Assembly (NCBI GenBank): GCA_963842885.1
Contig: CAWJIE010000005.1
Location: forward strand, 448,001 to 512,000
Length of the DNA: 64,000 nucleotides
Reading direction: 5' to 3'
Source: an uncultured Nitrososphaerota archaeon
Lineage (GTDB): Archaea > Thermoproteota > Nitrososphaeria > Conexivisphaerales > DTJL01
Positions 27,844 through 37,237 of the stretch are shown in pieces. The notes under the pieces were generated by a model, which searched no databases, was not told where the DNA came from, and was given only the letters and a program-made list of their open reading frames with translations. The translations under genes were made by a program, and so were the position numbers. How positions within the stretch are numbered: position 1 is the first letter of the stretch; each line of letters begins with the position of its first letter.

Positions 27844-28405
27844 AAGGTTGTGAGGCGTCTATGCGCTTCGAAAGTATGGAGGTGAGGAGCTCGTCCCTGT
27901 CTATCTCCACGCGGCTCCTCCACCCGACCCGGATGAAGTCGCCATCTTCCTCCAGGTAGCCCAGGCGCACGAGCTTGTTCATGATCTGCTGAACGCGCCA
28001 CGCTGGAAGCTTCTCCTTGATGGTGTCCTCAAGGAGGCGCTTGGGGGCCGAGCCCGCACGCACGAAGAGCTGGCTCAAGAGGATGGCCAGGCTCGCCGCC
28101 TCCTCCATCCTGAGCCATCCGCCAAGCTCCCTGTCCTTCAGGGGCGCCTTGGTCACCAGCACGTAGCGGGCCTTGTCCGGATCCTTCTCGTCTTCCTCGT
28201 CGGGCACCGCGACGAGCTTCAGGCCGAATTCCGAGGCCAAAGAGTCCGTCAGCTTGAGGACGTCAAGGTAGCTCCTCCCGAGGAGGCGCTTGAGCTCCCA
28301 ACCTTTGAGACCAGGCTGGAAGTGGCGCTGGTAGAGCAGTGTCGTAAGGCCCTTCAGGGCCTTCTCTTTGAGCTCTTGCGTGTCCTTGTTCTGTTCTTGT
28401 GTCAC
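27836..28405 (-). CDS. Tandem winged-helix kite subunit (ScpB/Nse1/Nse3-MAGE-like)
   Basis: GTG start after a GGGGTGA RBS; C-terminal LAILLSQLF...KLVRLGYLE...GWRSRVEI resembles the MAGE/Nse WH-B domain; third gene of the SMC operon. Confidence 0.7.
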   Translation of the reverse strand: MTQEQNKDTQELKEKALKGLTTLLYQRHFQPGLKGWELKRLLGRSYLDVLKLTDSLASEFGLKLVAVPDEEDEKDPDKARYVLVTKAPLKDRELGGWLRMEEAASLAILLSQLFVRAGSAPKRLLEDTIKEKLPAWRVQQIMNKLVRLGYLEEDGDFIRVGWRSRVEIDRDELLTSILSKRIDASQPST

Positions 28406-28410
28406 CCATC

Positions 28411-29139
28411 TCACCCCAATGAAATCGCAACGGACCTGTCTACTTTGCCCTCCGCAGGCGTTATGAGATAGTCCGAAGTGGACGGGTCGTAGCGGAGGGC
28501 GAACGCTCCCCTCATGCACAGGTGGGCAAGAGAGTAGGTCTCCTTGAGCTTCTCCGCCCCCTGGAAGCCGCCCGCGAACTCCTTGAAGAGAAGAGGACCT
28601 TCGGCAAGCCTCCGGCTGACCCTGAGGAATGTGGACCGGAGGCACTTTTCAAGCTCCTCGGGGTCCATCCTTATGGATTCATAGGCGGTCCCTTCGTCCG
28701 CTGGTCCCAGCGGCCCCAGCCGGCCTAAAGAACCCCACCCGTAGAGCTGCACCCAGTAATCGGCGGCCTCGAGCAGCCTCGAGGTGGGCATCAGCTTCGC
28801 AGCGGCCGGGGGATGGTGCGCCTCCCCCAATGCCCCCGCTATGTCCGAGACGCTGAGAGACATCAGCTTGGAGATGAGAAGGCCCGGGTCCACCTGGAAG
28901 GTCGTCAATTGGAAGGTGAGCCATTCGTCCTGCAGGCCGACGACCTTGCTGACCGCGTTGATGGCCTGGGCGTCGGCGAGGAGGTCTTGCCTCTCCAGCT
29001 CCTTGAGGCCCTTCTTTAGCCTCCTCAGTATGGGCTTGACCTCCACCATGAAGGGATCTCCTCCCTGGTCCTTGAGGTCCTCAGGGAGCGAAGCCACCCT
29101 GAGCCTGTACTCCTTCGCGTCACTCGACTTTGCTGACAC
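28411..29139 (-). CDS. Kleisin (ScpA/Nse4-like)
   Basis: N-terminal DPF-x-V...DL-x3-AQAI-x2-VS helices and C-terminal WH (LLFKEF...YSLAHL-x3-G). Overlaps the SMC gene. Confidence 0.7.
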   Translation of the reverse strand: MSAKSSDAKEYRLRVASLPEDLKDQGGDPFMVEVKPILRRLKKGLKELERQDLLADAQAINAVSKVVGLQDEWLTFQLTTFQVDPGLLISKLMSLSVSDIAGALGEAHHPPAAAKLMPTSRLLEAADYWVQLYGWGSLGRLGPLGPADEGTAYESIRMDPEELEKCLRSTFLRVSRRLAEGPLLFKEFAGGFQGAEKLKETYSLAHLCMRGAFALRYDPSTSDYLITPAEGKVDRSVAISLG

Positions 29140-31048
29140 CCTTGGCCACCTTGATCTGCGAAGCCGTAGCCACCTTCTGGACCATTATGTAGTGAGCAGA
29201 CTCGTCATAGAAAGCCGGCGAGCCGGGCGTTATGACCAGATACTGCACCGACCTGTCCGCCTTGAAATAGTCGTGGATGGCCCTGATGAAAGTCTCGCGG
29301 CTGGACGGGTCCATGTGGACGTCGAACTCGTCCACGGCCCTGAACGGCGAGATGATGTGCTCTTGGAGGGCGAACAGGAAAGCGGTAACGGCCGAGCTCC
29401 GCTCGCCTCCGCTCTGTGTGTACGCGTCCAGCGGGACCAAGTCCTGTCCCCTGAAGGCCACTTGGAGCTCGAGGCCCGCCCTGAGGGGGTCATCCTCCCC
29501 AACTACCCTCACCCTTCCGCTACCGCCGATCAGGGACAGCATCTTGCCGTAGCTTTCGTTGACCCCGGAGATGAGTTCGTCCAGCTGCTTGCGCCAGACC
29601 TTGAACCTCTCGTTGACCTCCTCCAGGGTGGCCTCCTTGTTCTCCTTCAACTCGTCCAGCTTCCCGGAGAGATCCTGTATCCTGATCTGGAAATCGCGAT
29701 AAATCTGCTCGGCCTCCTGGGGGATGTCGCCCAGCTGGACTAGCTGCGCTTCGTCCACCTTGATGGCAAGCTGGATGTCGCCCAGGCTCCTCGTAGAGGT
29801 CACTCTGAGGCCAAGGGCTTCCGCGGCCGACTTCGCCGCCACCAGCTCTTCTTGCGACGAAACCTGCAAACCTTCAAGGGTCTTCAGCTCCCTCTTCTTC
29901 TCCTTGAGGCGATAGTCCAAGACAGCGACCTTCTCTCTTGACACGGCGTATGCCTCTACCTTGGCGGGGAATCCCGAGCTCTCCGCACCCAGCCCTCTTT
30001 CGACGGAGGAGATCTCGTCCTCCAGCGTCTTGACTCTTCCCTGTCCAGAGCTCAACACCTTCTCTACCTCTTCGGCAAGGTCCTTCGAAGCGTCCTGCAG
30101 CGCTGCCTTCAAAGAGCCGTAGGACGAAGAATCATGCTGAATCGTTAGCAGGTCACCTCGCAGCCTGGACAGGCTCCTCTCTCCCTTGAGCAGCGATTCT
30201 AGGGCTTCGGTGATGGCCTTGGCTCGTTCCTGAACGTCTCCCTGCCCTTCCCCCAGCTTCGTCGTCATCTCAGCGATCGTCGATTCGGCCTCCCTGATGC
30301 GCTGGGCGATGGAGGTAAGCTTCTCCTCCTCTCTAGAGACCCTGCACCACACCTCTTCAAGCCTGAACCTGGTGAGCTCTTCGCGTAGACCCTGGATTTT
30401 CACACTCTTTTCATAGTTCTCCTGCCAGCGAGCCAACGTGGTCTTCGCAGTCTCCAGCTCCTTCTTCTTCTCCTCTTCCTCGGTCAGAATGGAATCGAGC
30501 CTGCCTTTGGCCTCCAGCAGGCTCGCCCTGTACGAGGCCAATCCGGCGGCATCCTCGACAAGGGCCAGCTTCTCTTCAGGCCTGACGACACTGAATGTGT
30601 CTCCAAGGCCTTGATGCATCATTATGAGCATGTTGTCCGGGTTGAGGCCGAGCTTGCCCAGCGTTTCGACGACCGCCTGCTTGTCAGCCTCCTTGAAATC
30701 GATCTCGAACCAGTATGTGCCATCCTTCCGGATGTACCTCGAGAGGTGAATCGTGTCGGCCCTGTAAGGGAGGGGCCTTTTGCCATTGACGGGAGAGTTA
30801 TCAAGGAGAAGCGTAACCCTGGAAATGTCCCTGCCTCTCTTGACCAGGTCGCTGAGCTTCCTCGACCTCTCGGTCGAGGCTTGGCCCAAAGCGACAGATA
30901 TGCCAATCAGAATGCTTGACTTCCCCGCGCCATTTGGGCCCATGACTACGTTGAGGCCAGGCTTGAGCATGACTCGGCCATAGTCGTAGCTAAGGAAGTT
31001 CTCGAGGATGACCTCCTTGATGAATGCCCGGCCCTCCCCTTTCTCCAA
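29120..31048 (-). CDS. Short SMC-family ATPase, SMC5/6-like
   Basis: Walker A GPNGAGKSS, Q-loop MHQG, coiled coil, signature QSGGERS and Walker B/D-loop SPFRAVDEFDVHMDP. Confidence 0.9.
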   Translation of the reverse strand: MEKGEGRAFIKEVILENFLSYDYGRVMLKPGLNVVMGPNGAGKSSILIGISVALGQASTERSRKLSDLVKRGRDISRVTLLLDNSPVNGKRPLPYRADTIHLSRYIRKDGTYWFEIDFKEADKQAVVETLGKLGLNPDNMLIMMHQGLGDTFSVVRPEEKLALVEDAAGLASYRASLLEAKGRLDSILTEEEEKKKELETAKTTLARWQENYEKSVKIQGLREELTRFRLEEVWCRVSREEEKLTSIAQRIREAESTIAEMTTKLGEGQGDVQERAKAITEALESLLKGERSLSRLRGDLLTIQHDSSSYGSLKAALQDASKDLAEEVEKVLSSGQGRVKTLEDEISSVERGLGAESSGFPAKVEAYAVSREKVAVLDYRLKEKKRELKTLEGLQVSSQEELVAAKSAAEALGLRVTSTRSLGDIQLAIKVDEAQLVQLGDIPQEAEQIYRDFQIRIQDLSGKLDELKENKEATLEEVNERFKVWRKQLDELISGVNESYGKMLSLIGGSGRVRVVGEDDPLRAGLELQVAFRGQDLVPLDAYTQSGGERSSAVTAFLFALQEHIISPFRAVDEFDVHMDPSSRETFIRAIHDYFKADRSVQYLVITPGSPAFYDESAHYIMVQKVATASQIKVAKGVSKVE

Positions 31049-31131
31049 CGCCGCCTATCCGCTAAGAAGACAGGTAATAAACCGTTTGCCATCCTACTTA
31101 GTTGACAACCGCCTAGATGTGGCTGACCGAC

Positions 31132-31143
31132 ACTAGGAAGCAC
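31132..31143 (-). repeat. GTGCTTCCTAGT polar motif, copy 5
   Basis: ACTAGGAAGCAC on the + strand followed by a C/A-rich tract; about 85 bp upstream of the SMC start. Confidence 0.9.
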
Positions 31144-31307
31144 ACACCAAAACAACTCCAAAATTCAACAACAACTATGCGAATGGAACCCAGAGCAAGA
31201 GAAGCTAACAGAACTCATGAAGCGGTAGAAAGAAGCACAAATGCCGACCCTAACCATAAGGCCCCAGTGCCCAAGAAACAAGACGGCCGCCGCACCTGTC
31301 GGCTCTC

Positions 31308-32273
31308 TCAACTTGGAGAGTTTTCAATCTTTTTCGCGAACGACTCCAACTCATCTGCTGTGGGGCTTCCTCTCGTGTCTCTGTGTGTCGCCTTGAAGCT
31401 CCCCGCATAGTTGGCGAGCATCAGGGAGTCCTCCGGCGAGCGACCCAAGACGATCTGGACGGCGAAGCAGCCAATAAAGGCGTCGCCGCAGCCCACGGTG
31501 TTCACCGCTTTCATGCCCAGGGCGGAGAGGTCCACCCCAGCCACCTCCTCCTCGATGCCGGGTCCCAGCATGATTGCTCCGTTCCTCCCTCTCGTCACCA
31601 CTAGCTTCAACTCCTCCTGGAAATTGCTGAGCTCCCGGTATGCGGCCGCTAGCGTCGAAGCCCCGGCCAAGTTCATGACCTCGGCCTCGTTGAGTACAAG
31701 GTAGTCTACGTACTTCAGCAGCTTGGTCACGGCCGCAGCCCCCTTGAGGGTGCGCACGCCGGGCGCCCACAGCCGCGGGATAGGACGCCTCGACGCGGTC
31801 CAAAGGAGGGCATGAGTGAAGTCCAACGGCGTGTCCATCACTACCAAGAAGCGTATCGTGTTGAGGACCTGTTTGACGCCCGGACTCTCAAGGAGGGTTG
31901 GCTTCAGGGAGGCGTTCGCTCCGAAGTAGGTGTTGATGGCGTTCTGGCCCCCGTCATCTATGAGGATGTATGCTTGGCCGGACTCCACGTTCTTGAGCCT
32001 GACCAAGCCTCGCACGTCCACCCGCTCCTTCTTGAAGATGTCAAGCTGCCAGTCGCCCACGGCGTCCGCACCGAGGGCTCCGATAACGCCGCTGGTGGCT
32101 GGCTTCAGTAGCCGCGCCATCGCCACCGCGACGTTCGCGGCCTTCCCACCGGGGACGCGGGTTATGCTCTTCACAGGCATCTCCTCCCCGCCCGCGGGGA
32201 TCCTTTCTAGGAAAAGGTTGACGTCCGCGTTGATCGCCCCGGCAGCTGCGGCAAGAGGGCCGTAGTCCTTCAA
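31308..32273 (-). CDS. PfkB-family carbohydrate kinase (ribokinase-like)
   Basis: PGGKAANVAVAMARL, LNEAE, TRG-x2-G, NTVGCGDAF. Confidence 0.9.
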   Translation of the reverse strand: MKDYGPLAAAAGAINADVNLFLERIPAGGEEMPVKSITRVPGGKAANVAVAMARLLKPATSGVIGALGADAVGDWQLDIFKKERVDVRGLVRLKNVESGQAYILIDDGGQNAINTYFGANASLKPTLLESPGVKQVLNTIRFLVVMDTPLDFTHALLWTASRRPIPRLWAPGVRTLKGAAAVTKLLKYVDYLVLNEAEVMNLAGASTLAAAYRELSNFQEELKLVVTRGRNGAIMLGPGIEEEVAGVDLSALGMKAVNTVGCGDAFIGCFAVQIVLGRSPEDSLMLANYAGSFKATHRDTRGSPTADELESFAKKIENSPS

Positions 32274-32399
32274 ACCGTTGTCCTTAGCCTATCGAAACGA
32301 TTTAAACCATTCTGGCGTGCCGAATCATGGGTTCGATGCCCAAATCACAATTCCCCGTCCTTAGGCTGTCTTAGGTCGCAGCTTTGGTGTCCCCCGAGC

Positions 32400-33599
32400 C
32401 TACTTCTTCAGCAGCGCTTCTGTGGACTCCTTCTTGATCCATCTGATGCTTCCACTGATGTTGATCTGGACTGGGCAAATCTCGTTGCACGCGTCGCATT
32501 CAAGGCAGTAGTAGGTCAGAGGCTCAGCGGCGTCCCTCCCCTCAGTTATCGCCGTCCAAAGCAGACCCACGGCGGCTGTGTATGTGGGGCCTCCCCAGGT
32601 AGGGCCGTCGACTGAAAAAGTCGGGCACACCAGCTGGCACGCTCCGCACCTTATGCAGCGGAGGGCGTCCCACAACGGCGTCTTCAGAGCTTCGAGCCTG
32701 CCGTTGTTCACAAGCACGACATGCATCTCCTTCGAGCCCTGGGCGGGCCTCACGAGCGTCTTCTCGATGTCTCGAGTGCCGCTAGGGCCCGCGGAGAGGT
32801 TGACGTAAGTGGGGACGGGCGAGCCTCCGTAGTACCCCTGCAGGAGGGCCGTTTTCACCGCGTCCAGAGTCGTGGGGACAACCTTTTCGATTCCACCGAC
32901 CACGATGTTCACCGGAGGAATCGCCCCAGTCAGGCGAACGTTCGCCTCGTTCTCCACGGTCACCACGGTCCCGTCGGCCGCCGAGATAGCGTTAATCCCC
33001 GTCATGCCCACCTGCGCTGTGAGGAGCTTAGTGCGGAGGAACTCTCTTGCTGCCGCCACCATGGCGGGGAGATCGTTGGGGTCGAACGTCTTACCGAACT
33101 TCTCCTTGAAGATCTCGGCGACGGCTTCTCTAGGAACGTGCAGGGCCGGCGAAATCATATGGGCCGGCTTCTCGCCCCTGAATTGGATGATGAGCTCTCC
33201 CAAGTCCGTCTCCCAGACCTCGTTACCCTTCTCCTGGAGAAAGTGTCGGATGCCGATCTCTTCTGTGACCATGCTCTTGGACTTGACGACGATCTTGCCC
33301 GTGCCCACGAGCTTGGAGATGATGTCCAAAGCGTCCTGCTTAGTGTTCGCGTAGTAGGCGGCGACGCCGTTGGCCTGGAGGGCCTCCATCGCCTGCCTGT
33401 AAAGCTCCTCCATGTGCTTGACGTCGTAGTCCTTGATTGACTTGACCTCAGTGCGGAGCTGAACGACGTCGGCTCTATCCTTGACCTTGTCGTAGTTGCT
33501 GACGTAGCTATCCATGCCCCTCTTGATGCCCGTTCGCATCGCCTTGTCTCCGAGGGCCTCGTACATCTCCCTCTTGACTTCGAGGAAAGTCTTTGCCAA
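32400..33599 (-). CDS. LutB/LldF-like LUD-domain Fe-S protein
   Basis: KSKSMVTEEI, ETDLGELIIQ, P-x-H-x3-PALH, ENEAN, CIRCGAC-x3-CP. Confidence 0.88.
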   Translation of the reverse strand: MAKTFLEVKREMYEALGDKAMRTGIKRGMDSYVSNYDKVKDRADVVQLRTEVKSIKDYDVKHMEELYRQAMEALQANGVAAYYANTKQDALDIISKLVGTGKIVVKSKSMVTEEIGIRHFLQEKGNEVWETDLGELIIQFRGEKPAHMISPALHVPREAVAEIFKEKFGKTFDPNDLPAMVAAAREFLRTKLLTAQVGMTGINAISAADGTVVTVENEANVRLTGAIPPVNIVVGGIEKVVPTTLDAVKTALLQGYYGGSPVPTYVNLSAGPSGTRDIEKTLVRPAQGSKEMHVVLVNNGRLEALKTPLWDALRCIRCGACQLVCPTFSVDGPTWGGPTYTAAVGLLWTAITEGRDAAEPLTYYCLECDACNEICPVQINISGSIRWIKKESTEALLKK

Positions 33600-33606
33600 C
33601 CTATGA

Positions 33607-34569
33607 TCACCTTAGAACCTCCAGCAGGTCGAGCGTCTGAAGCCCGGTCTTTGCCTCCACCCTTGTGAAGTTCGCCAGACAGATGGGGCAGGCCAAGATG
33701 GCCTTGTCGGCCATCTGTTTCAGCTCGGCTGCCCTCTTGATGGTGATTTCGTTCGAAACCTTTGGCGCGATGTTCTCGATGGGCCCGCCGCAGCAGAAGG
33801 TGAAGTTGCGCGTCCTGACAGGCTCGGCGACTTCAGCGCCGGCCTGCTCCAGCATGGCCCTGGAGTTCTTCCAAAGGCCCAGCTTCCTGGCCAGAAGGCA
33901 GGGGTCGTGAATCGTGAACTTCTGCCCCTCAAGGGAGTCCTTCGAGACGGCGACGGCTGGGTCGACCACCTCAAGATAGTGCTTGACTTCGATGTCGTAG
34001 CCTTTGATGATCTCCGGGTAGAGCAGTTTGAGGGCCACCGTGGAATGAGGGTCCATGGTTATGACCTTCTTGACGCCATGCTTCTTGAACCTCGCATACA
34101 CCTCGCGGGCTTGCTCTTCGAAAACCCAGTCGATGCCCATGTCGTGGAAGAGCACGCCGGAGTAGAGCTCGTCAGAGCCCAGGTAGCTCACTTCCACGCC
34201 GCTCCTCTTCAGTAAGAAGACGACGTTCGTGATTATCTGGCTGAAGCGCTTCTTGTCGCCGGCGGTCAAGGCAGCATACGCCGAAGTGACATCGAGCCCG
34301 ATGCTGCTCAAGGCTCTGAAGACCCTAAAGCCGGCGCCTCCGACGCTGGACGACTCCAACCGGTCGAGGCCCGCAACAAACGCATTGATGAACGGGACCA
34401 TCTGATAGAGACCTCCCGTGTAGATGATCGTCCCCGTGTCGGTCGGAAGATTGAGGCCCTCCGACCAGGCCGTGAATTCGGACGTCTTGAGGCCTACGGG
34501 GTTGGTCGTCTTCTTCCAGTTGTCTATGAGCGTGTTGAAAACGTCTTTCCTGTCCAGCAAGATGGGCAC
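33607..34569 (-). CDS. CCG-domain Fe-S oxidoreductase subunit (LutA/HdrD/GlpC-like)
   Basis: HDPCLLAR, CCGGP, ACPIC motifs. Confidence 0.85.
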   Translation of the reverse strand: MPILLDRKDVFNTLIDNWKKTTNPVGLKTSEFTAWSEGLNLPTDTGTIIYTGGLYQMVPFINAFVAGLDRLESSSVGGAGFRVFRALSSIGLDVTSAYAALTAGDKKRFSQIITNVVFLLKRSGVEVSYLGSDELYSGVLFHDMGIDWVFEEQAREVYARFKKHGVKKVITMDPHSTVALKLLYPEIIKGYDIEVKHYLEVVDPAVAVSKDSLEGQKFTIHDPCLLARKLGLWKNSRAMLEQAGAEVAEPVRTRNFTFCCGGPIENIAPKVSNEITIKRAAELKQMADKAILACPICLANFTRVEAKTGLQTLDLLEVLR

Positions 34570-34624
34570 TGATGCCCTGAGCCAGATTTAAAAGTATTGG
34601 GAAGCTGTGTGCGCAAGCGTAGCG

Positions 34625-35417
34625 CTACTTGACCCTCCTCTGGTGCCTCGCTTCGTAGAGGAAGAGGTCCCTGAAGCTTTCATCCAGCTTCTTGTGGTCC
34701 AGCTTCTCGTATGTCTCGATGCTGCCGACGTCCAGCCAGTAGTCCTTGGTCAGGAAGACGTTCACCTTCTTCTTGGCCTCAATCATGCTGGGGATGAGCT
34801 GCCCCATGATGTCCAGCTCACTCGTGCCCTTGGAGATCTCCTCGAGCGCAACGAGGGAGTCGCCCTTGAGAGCAGAGTATCCCTATCCCGACGTCGATGT
34901 CGATGACGGGCTTCTCCTCCATCTTGACAAGACGGCCACCCTTCACCTTGGCGACGCCCACCGGAAGCTTGTAGCCCTGCGCCACCGCCAGCGTGGCGTC
35001 AGAGCCGGAGGAGGCGTGCTGGCTCAGCATCCGTTTCAGGTCCATCCGCGTCAGTATGTCCCCGTAGTAGACGAGAAGCTGGTCGTCCTCGTTCAAGACT
35101 CCCTGCCGGTAGGCGTTGAGGACGGCGCCGCCGTTGCCCTTCAGCGATGGGTCATCGGCGACGTAGGAAAGCTCCATGGAGACAGGAGCTCCAGATTTGA
35201 AGTAGTTCTGGATCTGCTCCGCTTTGTAGCTGGCAAGGAGGACTGCCCTGTCGATGCCGTTGTACTTCAGCGAGCGCAGGATGTACTCCAGGATGGGCTT
35301 CTGCCTCTCGCCCACCGGGAGCATGGTCTTCTGGAAGTAGTACGTGAGCGGCCTGAGACGACTTCCCAGGCCTCCGCAAAGGACCACCGCCTTCACGCTG
35401 CCCATGGCTGGGCTCAT
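34625..35417 (-). CDS. NDP-sugar pyrophosphorylase family nucleotidyltransferase, frameshifted near the C-terminus
   Basis: LCGGLGSRLRPLT, YGDILT, EKP; C-terminal YWLDVGS is in ORF 34625..34807. Confidence 0.88.
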
Positions 35418-35519
35418 AAGGACGGAGGCGTTAAAAGAGTTGTGCCTGCCTAGCCGCAACGGAGCAGGGAACACGCTGGGGAGACACGGTGCAAAGAAAC
35501 GACGCGCCGGTTGGCGGCC

Positions 35520-36257
35520 CTAGACTATGGGCGGGCCCACCTTGAAGTGCTCTGCCTTCTGCAAGAGCTCGGCCGGAACCTTCTGGCTCCCTACGTAGGC
35601 TGCGAACTTCTTCTTGATGAAGTTCTCCCACAGGTCCCTGTCCAGGTAGAAGACCCTCGCTCCGCCCAGCTCCGTCTGGAACTCGGGGTACGGCCTGGCC
35701 TTGTGCGCCCACTGCAGGCCGATGACGCGGTACCCGTTGTAGCTCTCGAAGCAGGCCTCCCAGGACTCCGCGCCCAGATAGTCGAAGGCATACTCGGCCT
35801 TCGCGAAGTAGAGGGCTGGACCCGAGTCGGTCCCTCGCATGAAACTCATCGTATGGAGGCTGTAGGCGACCTTCTCGTTGAACATCCTGGCGTTGGCCAG
35901 GCCGGCGAGCTGGCCGTCTATGATGCCGACAAGGCTGTACGCGTCCTTGATCCGATGCACCTTCTGGGAGAGCACCTCGCCGTAGGTCCTCACGCCGACG
36001 ATGTCGTAGAAGTCCTTCGGGATGAACATGTAGGGCTTGATGGCTTCGAGCACCTGGTCGTACTCGTCTTCCCTGAGCGACCTCACGACCATCTGCTGGC
36101 CACCCCTGAGCGTAACGACCTTGGGCTTCCAAGGTCTCTCTGTCATGGCCTTCATTTCCGGAACGCCACATCGAAGCACCGGCTCCATGTCCTCCACCTT
36201 CAGCTTGTGCTCCAGATAGGAGACGGCCTCCGGGGGCTGGTAATAGGACGAACTCAT
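35520..36257 (-). CDS. Uncharacterised GNAT-like protein, paralog of 61967..62695
   Basis: DFYDIV, SLHT, AK-x-EYAFD, ESY-x-G and ELGG shared with the paralog; GNAT-like alpha/beta order. Confidence 0.75.
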   Translation of the reverse strand: MSSSYYQPPEAVSYLEHKLKVEDMEPVLRCGVPEMKAMTERPWKPKVVTLRGGQQMVVRSLREDEYDQVLEAIKPYMFIPKDFYDIVGVRTYGEVLSQKVHRIKDAYSLVGIIDGQLAGLANARMFNEKVAYSLHTMSFMRGTDSGPALYFAKAEYAFDYLGAESWEACFESYNGYRVIGLQWAHKARPYPEFQTELGGARVFYLDRDLWENFIKKKFAAYVGSQKVPAELLQKAEHFKVGPPIV

Positions 36258-36307
36258 TTCGGTTACCCTGTTTGTGCGCTTAATGCGAGTTGATATAAAT
36301 ATTTCCG

Positions 36308-36320
36308 TGCAGAAAATGCA
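36308..36320. promoter_or_regulatory. TGCA-N5-TGCA putative Lrp-type operator
   Basis: TGCAGAAAATGCA just upstream of the TATA box of the 36257 gene. Confidence 0.5.
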
Positions 36321-36391
36321 GGATTGGCCGCGGTGGATGCGTCGCGCCCTAGACTTATTAAAGAGAAAGGCGGTGCAGTTGTGTAAGTCAT

Positions 36392-36820
36392 TTGACGGCT
36401 CATCCTCTCAAGACGACTAGGAAGGAGAAGAGAGTGAAGGTCCTCGTAACCAAGGTGGGGCTGGACGGCCACGACAGGGGACTCAAGGTCGTGGCTAAGG
36501 GGCTCGCCGACGCTGGTCTGGAGGTCGTCTACCTGGGCGTCCACCAGACGGTGGCCAACGTCGTCGCGACGGCAATCCAGGAGGACGTGGACGTCATCGC
36601 AGTGAGCATACTCTCCGGCTCCCATCTGGAGCTAGGCGCCGACCTCGTCAGGGCGATGAAGGCAAAGGGCCTCGACCGGCCATTGGTGTTCGGAGGGGTC
36701 ATACCCAAGGCGGACGTCGAGCCCCTGACGAAGCTCGGCGTATTCGCCGTCTACGGGCCCGGGACTTCGCTAGCCTCCATAGCCCAGGCCGTGAAAGACG
36801 CTTCGGAGGCGAAGAGCTGA
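36392..36820 (+). CDS. Methylmalonyl-CoA mutase cobalamin-binding subunit
   Basis: GLDGHDRG (DxHxxG), S-x-LSG-x-H, GGVIP. True start may be GTG 36434. Confidence 0.92.
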   Translation: MTAHPLKTTRKEKRVKVLVTKVGLDGHDRGLKVVAKGLADAGLEVVYLGVHQTVANVVATAIQEDVDVIAVSILSGSHLELGADLVRAMKAKGLDRPLVFGGVIPKADVEPLTKLGVFAVYGPGTSLASIAQAVKDASEAKS

Positions 36821-37237
36821 ATGGCCGTCTCACCAACGAAGTTGGACCACATAGGGATAGCGGTAAGGAGCGTCGACGAAGCCTGCAAGTTCTACCAGGA
36901 GACGATGGGGCTTCAGCTCGTGAAGAAGGAGACCGTTGAAGAGGAGAAGGTCCGCATCGCCATGTTCAAGGTGGGCGAGAGCTATGTGGAGCTGCTGGAG
37001 CCGACATCTCCCGACAGCAGCATCGCGAAGTTCATCGAGAAGAGGGGTGAAGGGGTTCATCACGTCGCCCTCGGATACGACGACGTCAAGGAGGCCCAGG
37101 AGTTCTGCAAGCTCAAGGGCGCAGTTATGATTCACCCCGAGCCAGAAGACTTGAAGGGAGACAGGATCATCAACTTCATCCATCCCAGGTCGACCCATGG
37201 CGTCCTCCTGGAGATCGTCAAGAGGTATGGTGACTGA
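36821..37237 (+). CDS. mce: Methylmalonyl-CoA epimerase
   Basis: [24 protein letters not shown]-x3-GVLLE. Confidence 0.92.
   Translation: MAVSPTKLDHIGIAVRSVDEACKFYQETMGLQLVKKETVEEEKVRIAMFKVGESYVELLEPTSPDSSIAKFIEKRGEGVHHVALGYDDVKEAQEFCKLKGAVMIHPEPEDLKGDRIINFIHPRSTHGVLLEIVKRYGD

Noticed and set aside
29120-31048. Rad50/Mre11 or Wadjet (JetABCD) system
   Set aside because: No CxxC hook, no Mre11 and no adjacent JetD/TOPRIM nuclease gene; the ATPase is much shorter than JetC and its motifs are SMC5/6-like.
32329-32345. GGGTTCGATGCCC (and GGGTTCGAAT at 10357) as tRNA T-arms
   Set aside because: No acceptor stem, D-arm or anticodon arm could be folded around them.
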